This document shows positions 1-8,155 of a stretch of 20,000 nt of DNA, one piece after another. The position numbers were made by a program, and so were the translations under genes. This DNA is from an uncultured virus (IMG/VR IMGVR_UViG_3300025009_000092) (Duplodnaviria > Heunggongvirae > Uroviricota > Caudoviricetes): IMG/VR virus record IMGVR_UViG_3300025009_000092; one strand, given 5' to 3'. The notes beneath the pieces were generated by a model. That model was given only the letters and a program-made list of their open reading frames with translations, was not told the DNA's origin and ran no database searches. The number at the start of each line of letters is the position of its first letter. Position 1 is the stretch's first letter.

Positions 1-93
1 AATGCCAGATTGCAGTGCCCGATACAGAGCTACCCGACGGATCTGCTCTGACTTCTCATTGGCGGTCAATTTAACTGGTGAATTACGTCTCAT
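1..93 (-). CDS. N-terminal fragment of a gene running off the window (MRRNSPVKLTANEKSEQIRRVALYRALQSGI...), probably the portal protein by position
   Basis: ATG at 93 overlaps the TGA of the 90..308 ORF (ATGA coupling) and the frame is open to base 1. The portal call rests only on gene order after terL. Confidence 0.45.
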   Translation of the reverse strand, partial: MRRNSPVKLTANEKSEQIRRVALYRALQSGI

Positions 94-308
94 TGTATTT
101 TAAGCCCCGCCCGAATGAAACAATCCTTCGCTTCAAGTAGTTTCCGAAACCCTTCTGCTTTCTCCGGGCCATCTGGTAGTTCATCCATCATAATATCGGC
201 CAGATCAGCAACTAGTCTGGCCGTCACCTGTAAAGACTCCGGTAAATGACCATACTGGAAATATTGATATACCGGATAAAGATGTTTCGCCGCTGGATTA
301 CTGGCCAT
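90..308 (-). CDS. Small helical phage protein (72 aa), possibly Acb2/Tad1-like hairpin family
   Basis: Tightly coupled to terL and to the downstream gene. The YGHLP..LQ...LA......LPDGPEK..G.RKLLEAKD..IRA pattern recurs in phage proteins; the family assignment is tentative. Confidence 0.7.
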   Translation of the reverse strand: MASNPAAKHLYPVYQYFQYGHLPESLQVTARLVADLADIMMDELPDGPEKAEGFRKLLEAKDCFIRAGLKIQ

Positions 309-312
309 TATA

Positions 313-1701
313 TCACCACGTCCCTACTCGTTTTGTATTAGTCAATTCATCAAAGGCATCGGCAGCCGCATCAACCTGATCCTTGAATTTGCCTTCCGGA
401 AAGTTTTCTGCCTCAAGCAAAAATGCTTCATTCCACGCGCCCTGTACCAGTTTTACATTGCCGGCCTGGGCTTGACTGGCCAATGGGGTGGCCCGGGTCT
501 CTTTCGAGCCTGTAACCGGCAATGTCTTTATTGTATAACCGGCCAATTCTTTGACGAAGGCCTTTGCCTGGCTCTTACCGGCCTGACCAGGATCTTGCGG
601 TAATCGAACCGGCACCAACTTACCATCCTGGCTGGCAATATTCTTGATGGAGTCGATTACTTTACTGGCATCAATTTGAAAACGAGTTGAATCTTCGATG
701 TAATAAACCCCGGCAACCTTGGCCATCCTGATCCCAGCGGTATATGCCGGCCCGCCATCTTTCTTCGCCTTTCGGTCTTCCGGATCTCGATCAGTCCCGG
801 CAAGATCCCATGCTCGAACTCTTTTTGCTCCGGCCGGCACTGCACTCACTATTTCAAAATCAGTCCGCTTGAAATAACTGCCGGCGGTTGGTCGTACATT
901 CCAATTCCCCTCAAGAAGCTGCGCCCGTTCAACCCGGGGGAGAGCGTTCAGTTTTGCAAGATAGGTCGGATCTTTCTGGAGGAGAATCTTATTATCATTG
1001 ATCGTTGAACGGATGAAGGTAAAGGAGAGCGGTTGAACGGGCGCATCAGCGGTACTGTATTTGTCGAGTAATTCTTGTTTTGAATCACCCCATATAACTT
1101 CATCGCCAAGAAGAATAAACCAGCGAATTACACCTGATCTACTGGCAATAACAAAACCATCTGGACCAATCCACCAGTCAATGAACTTCCGGACCCATGA
1201 ATCAGGATCAGGATTGCAGGTTCCTCGGATTCGGCCAGGGACACCAGACATGGACCGGTTCCGGGAAAGCATATACGAAAACTGCTTCCAGGTAAAGTGG
1301 CATATCTCATCAAAACCAATCAACGGGATCTGCGACCCTTGCCAGTCCAAGCGATTCTTCTCGTGCTCCATATGGGCAAAACTAATTGCCATCTTGGAGG
1401 GGAATCGGAAACACAATTCATTCTGATTCGGTTTGCCACCAATGGCCGGATACAACTCCGAGGCTTCATCCCACAACCCACCTTCTGAAGTAATCTGTTT
1501 GGTGGTCCGGCGGAAAATGACCGCACCGAATTTGGAATTGTTTACGTGATATAAGGGTTCCAGCAGAAGGGCGAATGATTTTCCCCCTCCGGCCGAACCA
1601 CCATAAAAAACAACATCTGCCCAACACGCAAGAAACTGAGTCTGCGGCCCCTCCTGGGGTTTTATCTCAATTACTTCTTGTTGAGGCATTGCTGCTGTCA
1701 T
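313..1701 (-). CDS. terL: Terminase large subunit
   Basis: PQEGPQ adenine-binding motif, Walker A GGSAGGGKS, Walker B IGFDE, TCNP coupling motif, C-terminal RNase H-like nuclease motifs RAWDLA and KDQVDA. Confidence 0.95.
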   Translation of the reverse strand: MTAAMPQQEVIEIKPQEGPQTQFLACWADVVFYGGSAGGGKSFALLLEPLYHVNNSKFGAVIFRRTTKQITSEGGLWDEASELYPAIGGKPNQNELCFRFPSKMAISFAHMEHEKNRLDWQGSQIPLIGFDEICHFTWKQFSYMLSRNRSMSGVPGRIRGTCNPDPDSWVRKFIDWWIGPDGFVIASRSGVIRWFILLGDEVIWGDSKQELLDKYSTADAPVQPLSFTFIRSTINDNKILLQKDPTYLAKLNALPRVERAQLLEGNWNVRPTAGSYFKRTDFEIVSAVPAGAKRVRAWDLAGTDRDPEDRKAKKDGGPAYTAGIRMAKVAGVYYIEDSTRFQIDASKVIDSIKNIASQDGKLVPVRLPQDPGQAGKSQAKAFVKELAGYTIKTLPVTGSKETRATPLASQAQAGNVKLVQGAWNEAFLLEAENFPEGKFKDQVDAAADAFDELTNTKRVGTW

Positions 1702-2507
1702 CCAACCATTTCCTTCTGGGGGAGTATGATAACCGCAGAACCAATTGGGGTGTCGCCGGTGGTAATATCAATATCCTGGCGGTCATTCCATTGTTCGGCC
1801 TTGGGAAGCGTTTTGGTACGATTCCACAAAAAGAATTTGGCGCTGGCAACATCGGCCGGCATATGTTTCTTTACCAGTTTATGAAGTATGATCTCCCGTA
1901 TAGGATAACCTTCCTCATCCCGGACTATATTACCATCGATATCCTTCTTGAATTCTTGGCGATATTCCTTCTCTTCCAGGTTGTAGCCACATGCCCGATG
2001 ATAAAGGCTTTTCGCCACGTTTGCATTAGCTACTTCACGCCCCTCTATAATGGCATAATTAAATTCGTCATCATCGTCCCGCCATTTATGTAACGTCTCA
2101 ACCTCAATCCCCAACAGCCTGGCCAGCTTCTCATCCGTACAACCCAACAAACAATACGACAAAGCCAATGCCGGATGGGTATCCTTCTTATATATGGGCT
2201 CGACCCCTGCGTGCATCTGTTCTTGTATTGCTTTTATCTGCCTTTGGAGTTCATTTATCTTGTTATATCTCCGGGCGCATTTCCTTTTGACGGTGGAATC
2301 ATTGGGATTTATCTTCAGGAGGGGAGTGGCCTTGATGGGGCCTTTGCCGGCGGGCTTATACTTGAGTGTTGGCTTCTGTATTGTGTTTTGGAGGCCTGGG
2401 GAGGATTGACGAACCATAATTTTGTACTTGTTGAGGTTGATATATATGGAGCGGGATTTCTGGGGTGGAAGATTTCTTGTTAATTTCCTTCCCCTTATAT
2501 TTACCAT
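1698..2507 (-). CDS. terS: Terminase small subunit (true start uncertain, possibly ATG at 2417)
   Basis: Directly upstream of and overlapping terL. HTH segment (LLGCTDEKLARLLGIEVETLHKW), then ANANVAKSLYHRACGY and PADVASAKFFLWNR...W.DR, typical of phage TerS. Confidence 0.85.
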   Translation of the reverse strand: MVNIRGRKLTRNLPPQKSRSIYINLNKYKIMVRQSSPGLQNTIQKPTLKYKPAGKGPIKATPLLKINPNDSTVKRKCARRYNKINELQRQIKAIQEQMHAGVEPIYKKDTHPALALSYCLLGCTDEKLARLLGIEVETLHKWRDDDDEFNYAIIEGREVANANVAKSLYHRACGYNLEEKEYRQEFKKDIDGNIVRDEEGYPIREIILHKLVKKHMPADVASAKFFLWNRTKTLPKAEQWNDRQDIDITTGDTPIGSAVIILPQKEMVG

Positions 2508-2641
2508 ATATATTAGATTTGCGAAGAATCAAAGGAGAATTAATTTTTTATATAATCTTAATAAATGCTTTATGATTATTGAAAAATAGATTATTATGGA
2601 GGTATAAGGCTTCAATATTATCGCTTAAAAGGAGAATAAAA

Positions 2642-3235
2642 ATGAAAAAGAGTTTAGTTGAATTACGAAGGGAATTAAAGCGCAAGTACAAATATGATCC
2701 AGAGACCGGAATATTTACAAGAAGAGACGGAAAGGTCCATGCCAATAGACTGAAAGAAATATATGCCGATAAACCCGAGCGATGGAAAGGGGCTGGTAAA
2801 TTAGTTTTAACCAAAAATGGCTTTGTAATTGACAACCAATATAATGGAGTCTATCTCAGCGGTAAAAGTTATAAAAACAATAGAGCGGCATTTTTATATA
2901 TGAAGGGATACCTTCCAGAAGGTATCGTTGATCATATTGATCAAGTAAAAACAAACGATCGCTGGGATAATCTCCGCGAAGTATCCCATTCATGCAATTT
3001 AAAAAATTCAAAACTCAGCAAAAAAAACAAAACTGGGGTGAAGGGGGTTTTCTATTCAGAAAAGGAAAAAAAATTCATTGTAAATATATCAGGGAATAAC
3101 AAAAACATCCGCCTCGGGAGTTTCAAAACCCTTTTGGAGGCTGCTGAGGCTCGGCATAAAGCAGAAATCGAATTTGGTTATCCAAATTGTGAAATGAATT
3201 CAACGGCTTTGCAATACATCAAAAAACACGAATAA
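2642..3235 (+). CDS. HNH homing endonuclease with C-terminal AP2-like domain
   Basis: AAGGAG RBS before ATG 2642; YDPETGIF, VDHIDQVKTNDRWDNLR...N (HNH), NKTGVKGV...RLGSFKTLLEAAEAR (AP2-like); AT-rich relative to its neighbours. Confidence 0.9.
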   Translation: MKKSLVELRRELKRKYKYDPETGIFTRRDGKVHANRLKEIYADKPERWKGAGKLVLTKNGFVIDNQYNGVYLSGKSYKNNRAAFLYMKGYLPEGIVDHIDQVKTNDRWDNLREVSHSCNLKNSKLSKKNKTGVKGVFYSEKEKKFIVNISGNNKNIRLGSFKTLLEAAEARHKAEIEFGYPNCEMNSTALQYIKKHE

Positions 3236-3259
3236 TTTATTAAGATTTTAGTTTTTTTC

Positions 3260-3288
3260 TTGACATCCTGTACAGGGCATATTATTAT
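3260..3288 (+). promoter_or_regulatory. Sigma70-type early promoter with a palindrome in the spacer
   Basis: TTGACA (3260-3265), 17-nt spacer, TATTAT (3283-3288), T-rich upstream tract; the spacer contains the perfect palindrome CCTGTACAGG (3267-3276). Confidence 0.8.
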
Positions 3289-3388
3289 AAGACATAAGAT
3301 AAAGATTGAGAGGGAAAGGGGGAGGTTAATCGAGAACCCGATAGGCGGGGATGGTCCAGTTGAGGAGCGCCCCACCAGGAAGCGGATA

Positions 3389-3442
3389 TAGTGTCTTTGA
3401 TTGTTTGATCAGACTGACGAGCCCATTCAGGGCGAAACACTA
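3389..3442 (+). ncRNA. Hammerhead ribozyme, type III
   Basis: Stem III TAGTGT/ACACTA; cleavage triplet GTC (cut after 3395); stem I TTTGATT-GTTT-GATCAGA; core CTGACGA (3414-3420); stem II GCCC-ATTCA-GGGC; GAAA (3434-3437). Confidence 0.92.
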
Positions 3443-3458
3443 AATGAGGAGATTGGCC

Positions 3459-3716
3459 ATGAAGAAATGTTTATCCGATGCATTGGCTATCGACGAGTTG
3501 CGAGTAACACTGGAAAACATATCACATGATGATGATAGGGATATGGAAGATTATAGTAGGGAAGAACTGGTAGCGGAGGCTAATTATGTTCTTTCTTGCT
3601 ATTTTGAAGGTGGGCATATGTCAAATGATGAATTGAATTCAGATGATGGCGAAATCAGATCAAGCGCTAAAAAACAGGTAAAAATGTTACAAAATTATAT
3701 TAAAAAATATAGTTAA
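3459..3716 (+). CDS. Hypothetical acidic early protein (85 aa)
   Basis: GAGGAG RBS at 3446-3451 and ATG at 3459; first ORF after the early promoter and hammerhead. Confidence 0.75.
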   Translation: MKKCLSDALAIDELRVTLENISHDDDRDMEDYSREELVAEANYVLSCYFEGGHMSNDELNSDDGEIRSSAKKQVKMLQNYIKKYS

Positions 3717-3764
3717 ATAACAACCCCCAACCGAGCCCGGCGGAATCCGGCATTGGAGGATGGT

Positions 3765-3935
3765 ATGAAATTGGAAATAGTCAAATATGGGGACGAAAGA
3801 AATATCATCGTTAAATCCTGGAAAGAGGTAAAAGAACATTTACAAAGAACAAATCTCCCTCACTGCTTTGTTCTTTCTGAGATCAAAGGCCATAACTGCT
3901 CATTAACCAAAACTGGAAGATTACAAAGAGATTAA
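3765..3935 (+). CDS. Hypothetical early protein (56 aa)
   Basis: GGAGGA RBS at 3755-3760 and ATG at 3765. Confidence 0.65.
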   Translation: MKLEIVKYGDERNIIVKSWKEVKEHLQRTNLPHCFVLSEIKGHNCSLTKTGRLQRD

Positions 3936-4004
3936 CCACTTCGAAACCGGCTCCGGCCGGTCATCCAGGGTTCGGCTCCTGGGTCTGATGAGATAGCCGG
4001 TTAA
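3932..4004 (+). ncRNA. Hammerhead ribozyme, type II, with loop I/3'-tail pseudoknot
   Basis: GAAA 3943-3946; stem III ACCGGC-TCCG-GCCGGT; GTC triplet (cut after 3962); stem I ATCCAGG/CCTGGGT; core CTGATGA 3985-3991; open stem II TC/GA extended by TTAACC/GGTTAA; loop I CGGCT (3973-3977) is complementary to AGCCG (3995-3999). Confidence 0.92.
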
Positions 4005-4024
4005 CCAAATCAAAGGAGAATGTC

Positions 4025-4255
4025 ATGAATATCGAACGGGTATATCTTTGCAACGAAGCATTCGGGACTGTAAAAAAGCAGGTTCATGCTTGGATTGATG
4101 GTCAATTCTATCGGATTTTTGGCGAGGGAGATAAAAGGGAAATAAGAAAAGTCATCTCCGCAACAAAACAGCCAAAATTAACCGGAAAGAAATTGATCAA
4201 TAAAATTTTAGCCGCAGTCGATAGCAAACCCCTTCCTCCTGTTGCATGGTTTTGA
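4025..4255 (+). CDS. Hypothetical basic early protein (76 aa)
   Basis: AAGGAG RBS immediately after the second hammerhead; ATG at 4025. Confidence 0.75.
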   Translation: MNIERVYLCNEAFGTVKKQVHAWIDGQFYRIFGEGDKREIRKVISATKQPKLTGKKLINKILAAVDSKPLPPVAWF

Positions 4256-4276
4256 ACTTTAAAATAAGGACTCCCC

Positions 4277-4705
4277 ATGACCAGAATCAATATAGTCCCA
4301 CCCGCCGAGCTTTGCGACCAACAGCTTATAGCTGAATGGCGCGAGCTAACCAGAATCCCCAATGGTATTGTTGCCGGGAAGTATGTAATTGATTTGGAGC
4401 AGATCCCCAAACAATACACCGTCAGGACTGAAGATAATCCGGATGGCGGCAAAGGGCATATGAAATTCTTCTTCAATAAGTTAAAATTCCTGTATCGCCG
4501 GTATGAAGCAATCAGGGATGAGCTTGCCCAGCGGGGAATGCCGAGGCGGAGTATGTGGCCTGTTGGTGAATTTATGGTCTGGCCCACGATTGATAATATT
4601 CTTTGGAACGATTACGAGCCGACCCCGGAAGCAATGACCCTGAACAGAAAACGGATTGCGGAGAAGTTCCCCAAGAAACCAAGATATGCAAGGGAAAGGT
4701 TATGA
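4277..4705 (+). CDS. denV: Pyrimidine-dimer DNA glycosylase / T4 endonuclease V family
   Basis: MTRINIVPPAELCDQQLIAEWRELTRI matches the EndoV N-terminus (catalytic Thr2 and Glu23 region); G.GHMKFFFNKLKFL..RY..I..EL..RG. Confidence 0.93.
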   Translation: MTRINIVPPAELCDQQLIAEWRELTRIPNGIVAGKYVIDLEQIPKQYTVRTEDNPDGGKGHMKFFFNKLKFLYRRYEAIRDELAQRGMPRRSMWPVGEFMVWPTIDNILWNDYEPTPEAMTLNRKRIAEKFPKKPRYARERL

Positions 4706-4914
4706 AGAAATATCCACCGGCCTGGAACTTAACGGCAATCGAACTTGAACTAGCCATTCTGCGTGGGCTTCCGGCCACAGACCTAGTTGAGCATTGGGAG
4801 CGGCTGCAGAAAATCCAAGCCGATCTAGCCCATTTGTTTAAATCAGTTACTTATCAACGGGCCGTAAATTTAGCGGCTCAATCCGATATTATTGAGGAGG
4901 AAAATCATGAGTAA
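4702..4914 (+). CDS. Hypothetical protein (70 aa)
   Basis: ATGA overlap with the denV stop and a GAAAGG RBS; start reassigned from 4603 to 4702. Confidence 0.65.
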   Translation: MKKYPPAWNLTAIELELAILRGLPATDLVEHWERLQKIQADLAHLFKSVTYQRAVNLAAQSDIIEEENHE

Positions 4915-5050
4915 TCGAGCAGGTTTTTGGTTTATGGTTGGATTCATTCTTGTTATAATAATTTCCTTCATCACCTATGCCCCGGAAATTATGGGAGTCA
5001 AACAGAAACTCGAAAACAAGGCGGTGGGATATGGTCAGCTCAATTATTAA
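4907..5050 (+). CDS. Small membrane protein (47 aa, MSNRAGFWFMVGFILVIIISFITYAPEI...), not in the ORF track
   Basis: GAGGAGG RBS, ATG 4907, TAA 5048-5050; one hydrophobic segment. Confidence 0.7.
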   Translation: MSNRAGFWFMVGFILVIIISFITYAPEIMGVKQKLENKAVGYGQLNY

Positions 5051-5150
5051 GATCGTTGTCGCCATCCTGTTTCTGATTCTTTTTGGAATAGCCGGGGAAA
5101 TGGATTATCAGGACCATGTTTCCCGGCAAGAACCAACAACCCAGTATTAG
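5031..5150 (+). CDS. Small membrane protein (39 aa, MVSSIIKIVVAILFLILFGIAGEMDYQDH...), not in the ORF track
   Basis: ATG 5031 to TAG 5150 fills the gap before the sigma-factor RBS; hydrophobic stretch followed by G.MDYQD. Confidence 0.6.
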   Translation: MVSSIIKIVVAILFLILFGIAGEMDYQDHVSRQEPTTQY

Positions 5151-5159
5151 GAGATTGAA

Positions 5160-5675
5160 ATGACCCCCAATCACACCAACCAGCTCGTTGAAAAACATAT
5201 TTCCCAAGTAAACAAACTCGCCTGGTCCTTTGCCAAAACAACTGGTCATGAATTTGATGACCTCAAGTCGGAAGGAACTATTGCAATGCTGAGGGCAATC
5301 AAGAAATTCAATCCAGATCATGGTTGCGAATTATCCACCTTAATTCATACCACCTGCCGGAATGCCATGGTTCAGTATTTGAAAACCCAGGGGAAGAAGT
5401 TCCCGGCAACGAATGAGGAAGTTGATGTAGCGGATCATAGGCCGAGTGGTCACCAGCGATATGAATTTCTTGAATCCCTCTCTTCCCTTGGGGCCGAGGC
5501 AAAACAGGTATTGCGGATCATTTTCGAGTCACCAAAGGAAATGACCAATATCACAGCGGGAAATTCTGCCGGCAATATCCGGAAGACCATTGAACGGACC
5601 ATGCGGGATATGGGATTCAAGGGCCGGGGGATCGAGCGGGCGTTTAATCAAATCAGATCAACTTTTCAGAATTAA
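5160..5675 (+). CDS. Phage-encoded sigma70-family sigma factor (region 2 recognisable)
   Basis: FDDLKSEGTIAMLRAIKKFNPDHGCELSTLIHTTCRNAM resembles the region 2 consensus (DL.QEG.IGL..A..KFDP..G..FSTYA...IR); AGGAG RBS. Confidence 0.82.
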   Translation: MTPNHTNQLVEKHISQVNKLAWSFAKTTGHEFDDLKSEGTIAMLRAIKKFNPDHGCELSTLIHTTCRNAMVQYLKTQGKKFPATNEEVDVADHRPSGHQRYEFLESLSSLGAEAKQVLRIIFESPKEMTNITAGNSAGNIRKTIERTMRDMGFKGRGIERAFNQIRSTFQN

Positions 5676-5684
5676 GGTGGGGAT

Positions 5685-5891
5685 ATGGCAAAGCAAACCA
5701 AGGAAGAAAAGGTCATTGAATTTTTAAAATCAAGGGGACTTGTCGAGATCCTGCCTTCCAAATCCAGGAAATATCGACAATTTAAAAAGGCGGACGATTC
5801 GGTATATTCCTATTGGGTTGGCAGAAAAGGTGCCTGCAGAAAAGGAAAAGTTTCATCCCAGTCAATCCCCATAACCTTGACCTTATTGTAA
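5685..5891 (+). CDS. Hypothetical basic protein (68 aa)
   Basis: AAGGTGG RBS; its stop overlaps the helicase start. Confidence 0.7.
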   Translation: MAKQTKEEKVIEFLKSRGLVEILPSKSRKYRQFKKADDSVYSYWVGRKGACRKGKVSSQSIPITLTLL

Positions 5892-7798
5892 TGCAACTCC
5901 GCCAACTCATAAAGACCGATCCGGACTATACTATTGCCGCGCTTCTCCATCTTTTTGGTGGAGATAAGGTTTTCAAATGTACTGAGCGGAAGATCCTTAA
6001 AATCCTGGCGCGGCAATATGAATCAACCGGTTTGCTCTCTGATCCGCAGCTGCAAGCTGCCGCCAGAATACTGCCGAAATACCATGATAAGTTGGCCGGC
6101 TTGGAAGTTATTGCCTCTCCTGAAAAGAAAGAACTCCCCTCGCAATATGACAAAATCGCCTGGCTTGATGGTATCTCAATCCGCCTGAAAACCAATGACC
6201 GAGCCGATGCCATCCGCACCAAACAACTATTCAATCGACGATACCGGGCCAGCGATGATTCATATAGCTGTCAATTTACCCTTGATAATCTTCTCCACCT
6301 CAAGGAATGGGGGTTCTCTTTCCATCGGGATCTGCGCCGGAAGCAACGAAAAGTCTGCCGCAAAGCATCGACTCTAACCAATAGAATTGAGACCCCCGGC
6401 CTGCCTGGAACCCTCCGCGAATACCAAAACGAAGGAGTAAATTTCATCCACGCAAAAGGCGGCCGGGCTTTACTCGGGGACGATATGGGTCTCGGCAAAA
6501 CGGTCCAGGCTCTTGCATATTGTCATCTCATCAAAGAAACTCCGATCCTGATAGTCACAACTGGTGGATCAAAATTGAATTGGAGAAATGAAGTAAACAT
6601 CTGGCTCCCGGGAAGATCAATCTTTATTTGTAAGGGTCGGAAACCTGGTATCAAAAAGATCAAGGAGCAGGTTACAATAATCAATTACGATATCCTCAAG
6701 GCCTGGGAACCGGTATTATTAGCTACGGATTTCAAGGTATTGATTGGTGATGAAATTCACTATATTAAAAACCCCAAGGCCAACCGTTCAAAGGCATTCA
6801 AGAGCCTTGGTACCTCAATTGAAAAATTCATTGCCATGTCCGGTACCCCTTTTGATAACCGGCCTATCGAGTTGTTTGCCGCCGTAAATCTTCTTTCCCC
6901 CTGGCTCTTCCCTTCCTATTGGGATTATGCCAAGCGCTATTGTGGCGCTTATGAAGGAGATTGGGGATGGGTCGTAACCGGGGCCAGCCATATCCCAGAA
7001 TTATATGAAAAGCTGCAGTATATAATGATCCGGAGAAATAAGGTCGATGTTCTCAAGGAACTCCCTGATAAGATCCGTTCGATCATCCCGATTGAATATG
7101 ACGAAAAGATATACGCTGCCGGCATGAAAGAATTCAAAGCCTGGGCTGACCGAGACTGGAAAAGAGATGATGAAGGCCGGATGCAGACCTTTGAATATAA
7201 CCCGGCTGCAGCCATGGTCCAGATTGAAAAATTGAAGTTTGCCTGCGCGAAAAGTAAGATGCCGGCAGTTTATGAATGGATTGAGGAATTTCTTGAAACG
7301 GATGATAAACTGGTGGTTTTTTGCGAACATCAAGAGATCCAGCAAATGCTATTGGAGCAATTCAAAAAGATTGCCGTCCACTCCAAGGTTAAAACTTCCG
7401 TTTATGAATTCCAGAAATGTGATGCCTGCGGGGTAGTTCAGGACAAGCACAAAAGTGATCCTACCGCCTGTGAACAATATACTCCGAACCTGAAAGCAAG
7501 ATTATTTATCGGCGGGAAGGATGCCATTGAAGCAATCACCCTTACTGCCGCCAGGGCGACTTGTACCGTCGAATTCTGGTGGACCTGGACCAAGCACGCT
7601 CAGGCTGAAGACCGCGTGTACAGGATCGGTCAAGAGCATGATTCGGTGAATGCCTTTTATTTAATCGCTGACGGAACCATCGAAAATGATATAATAAAGC
7701 TGCTGGATAAAAAGAGGAAGGTTTTCGATGGAGCTTTGGATGGAATTGAAACGGAAAAAGATGATTTATTGGCCGGTTTATTGAAAAAATTAGTATAA
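5891..7798 (+). CDS. SNF2-family (SF2) helicase/ATPase
   Basis: LREYQ, LLGDDMGLGKT, DEIH, MSGTP, QAEDRVYRIGQ; start set at ATG 5891 (TAATG coupling). Confidence 0.93.
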   Translation: MQLRQLIKTDPDYTIAALLHLFGGDKVFKCTERKILKILARQYESTGLLSDPQLQAAARILPKYHDKLAGLEVIASPEKKELPSQYDKIAWLDGISIRLKTNDRADAIRTKQLFNRRYRASDDSYSCQFTLDNLLHLKEWGFSFHRDLRRKQRKVCRKASTLTNRIETPGLPGTLREYQNEGVNFIHAKGGRALLGDDMGLGKTVQALAYCHLIKETPILIVTTGGSKLNWRNEVNIWLPGRSIFICKGRKPGIKKIKEQVTIINYDILKAWEPVLLATDFKVLIGDEIHYIKNPKANRSKAFKSLGTSIEKFIAMSGTPFDNRPIELFAAVNLLSPWLFPSYWDYAKRYCGAYEGDWGWVVTGASHIPELYEKLQYIMIRRNKVDVLKELPDKIRSIIPIEYDEKIYAAGMKEFKAWADRDWKRDDEGRMQTFEYNPAAAMVQIEKLKFACAKSKMPAVYEWIEEFLETDDKLVVFCEHQEIQQMLLEQFKKIAVHSKVKTSVYEFQKCDACGVVQDKHKSDPTACEQYTPNLKARLFIGGKDAIEAITLTAARATCTVEFWWTWTKHAQAEDRVYRIGQEHDSVNAFYLIADGTIENDIIKLLDKKRKVFDGALDGIETEKDDLLAGLLKKLV

Positions 7799-7804
7799 TA
7801 AAAT

Positions 7805-8155
7805 ATGAAACTTATAATAGCTGGAAGCAGAACAATTACCGATATAAAATGGATCAGAAAGGCAATCCATAAAAACAATATTTCCATAGATAATATTGAA
7901 CAAATTGTAAGTGGAGGAGCGCGAGGTGTCGATTTATTAGGAGAAAAATTCGCTAATAAATTTTCAATCCCCGTAAAAAGATTTCCTGCAAACTGGATAA
8001 GATATGGAAATTCTGCTGGATATATAAGGAACTCAGAAATGGCAAAATATGCAGATTGTCTGCTTGCTATCTGGGATGGCCAATCAAACGGAACAAAACA
8101 TATGATAAATCTGATGAAAAAAGAAAACAAAACAGTTTTCATTTATATCCCATGA
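7805..8155 (+). CDS. SLOG-superfamily protein (YspA/DUF2493-like)
   Basis: KLIIAGSR, IVSGGARGVD, FPANW..YG.SAG.IRN.EM, AIWDG.S.GT.HMI; AT-rich. Confidence 0.88.
   Translation: MKLIIAGSRTITDIKWIRKAIHKNNISIDNIEQIVSGGARGVDLLGEKFANKFSIPVKRFPANWIRYGNSAGYIRNSEMAKYADCLLAIWDGQSNGTKHMINLMKKENKTVFIYIP

Noticed and set aside
657..2835. Antisense and alternative-frame ORFs over terL, terS and HNH (and similar ones throughout the window)
   Set aside because: Shadow ORFs of well-supported genes, lacking RBSs and motifs.
2642..3235. Terminase-associated HNH (HK97 gp74 type)
   Set aside because: It is divergent from terS, longer, and carries an AP2-like domain, which fits a free-standing homing endonuclease.
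3301..3388. Possible additional ribozyme (twister/pistol) in the early leader
   Set aside because: Some pairing is possible (GGGG/CCCC, TCC/GGA), but I could not place any conserved catalytic core.
8111..8120. CTGATGA hammerhead-like heptamer
   Set aside because: Inside the SLOG CDS, in AT-rich sequence with no flanking stems.
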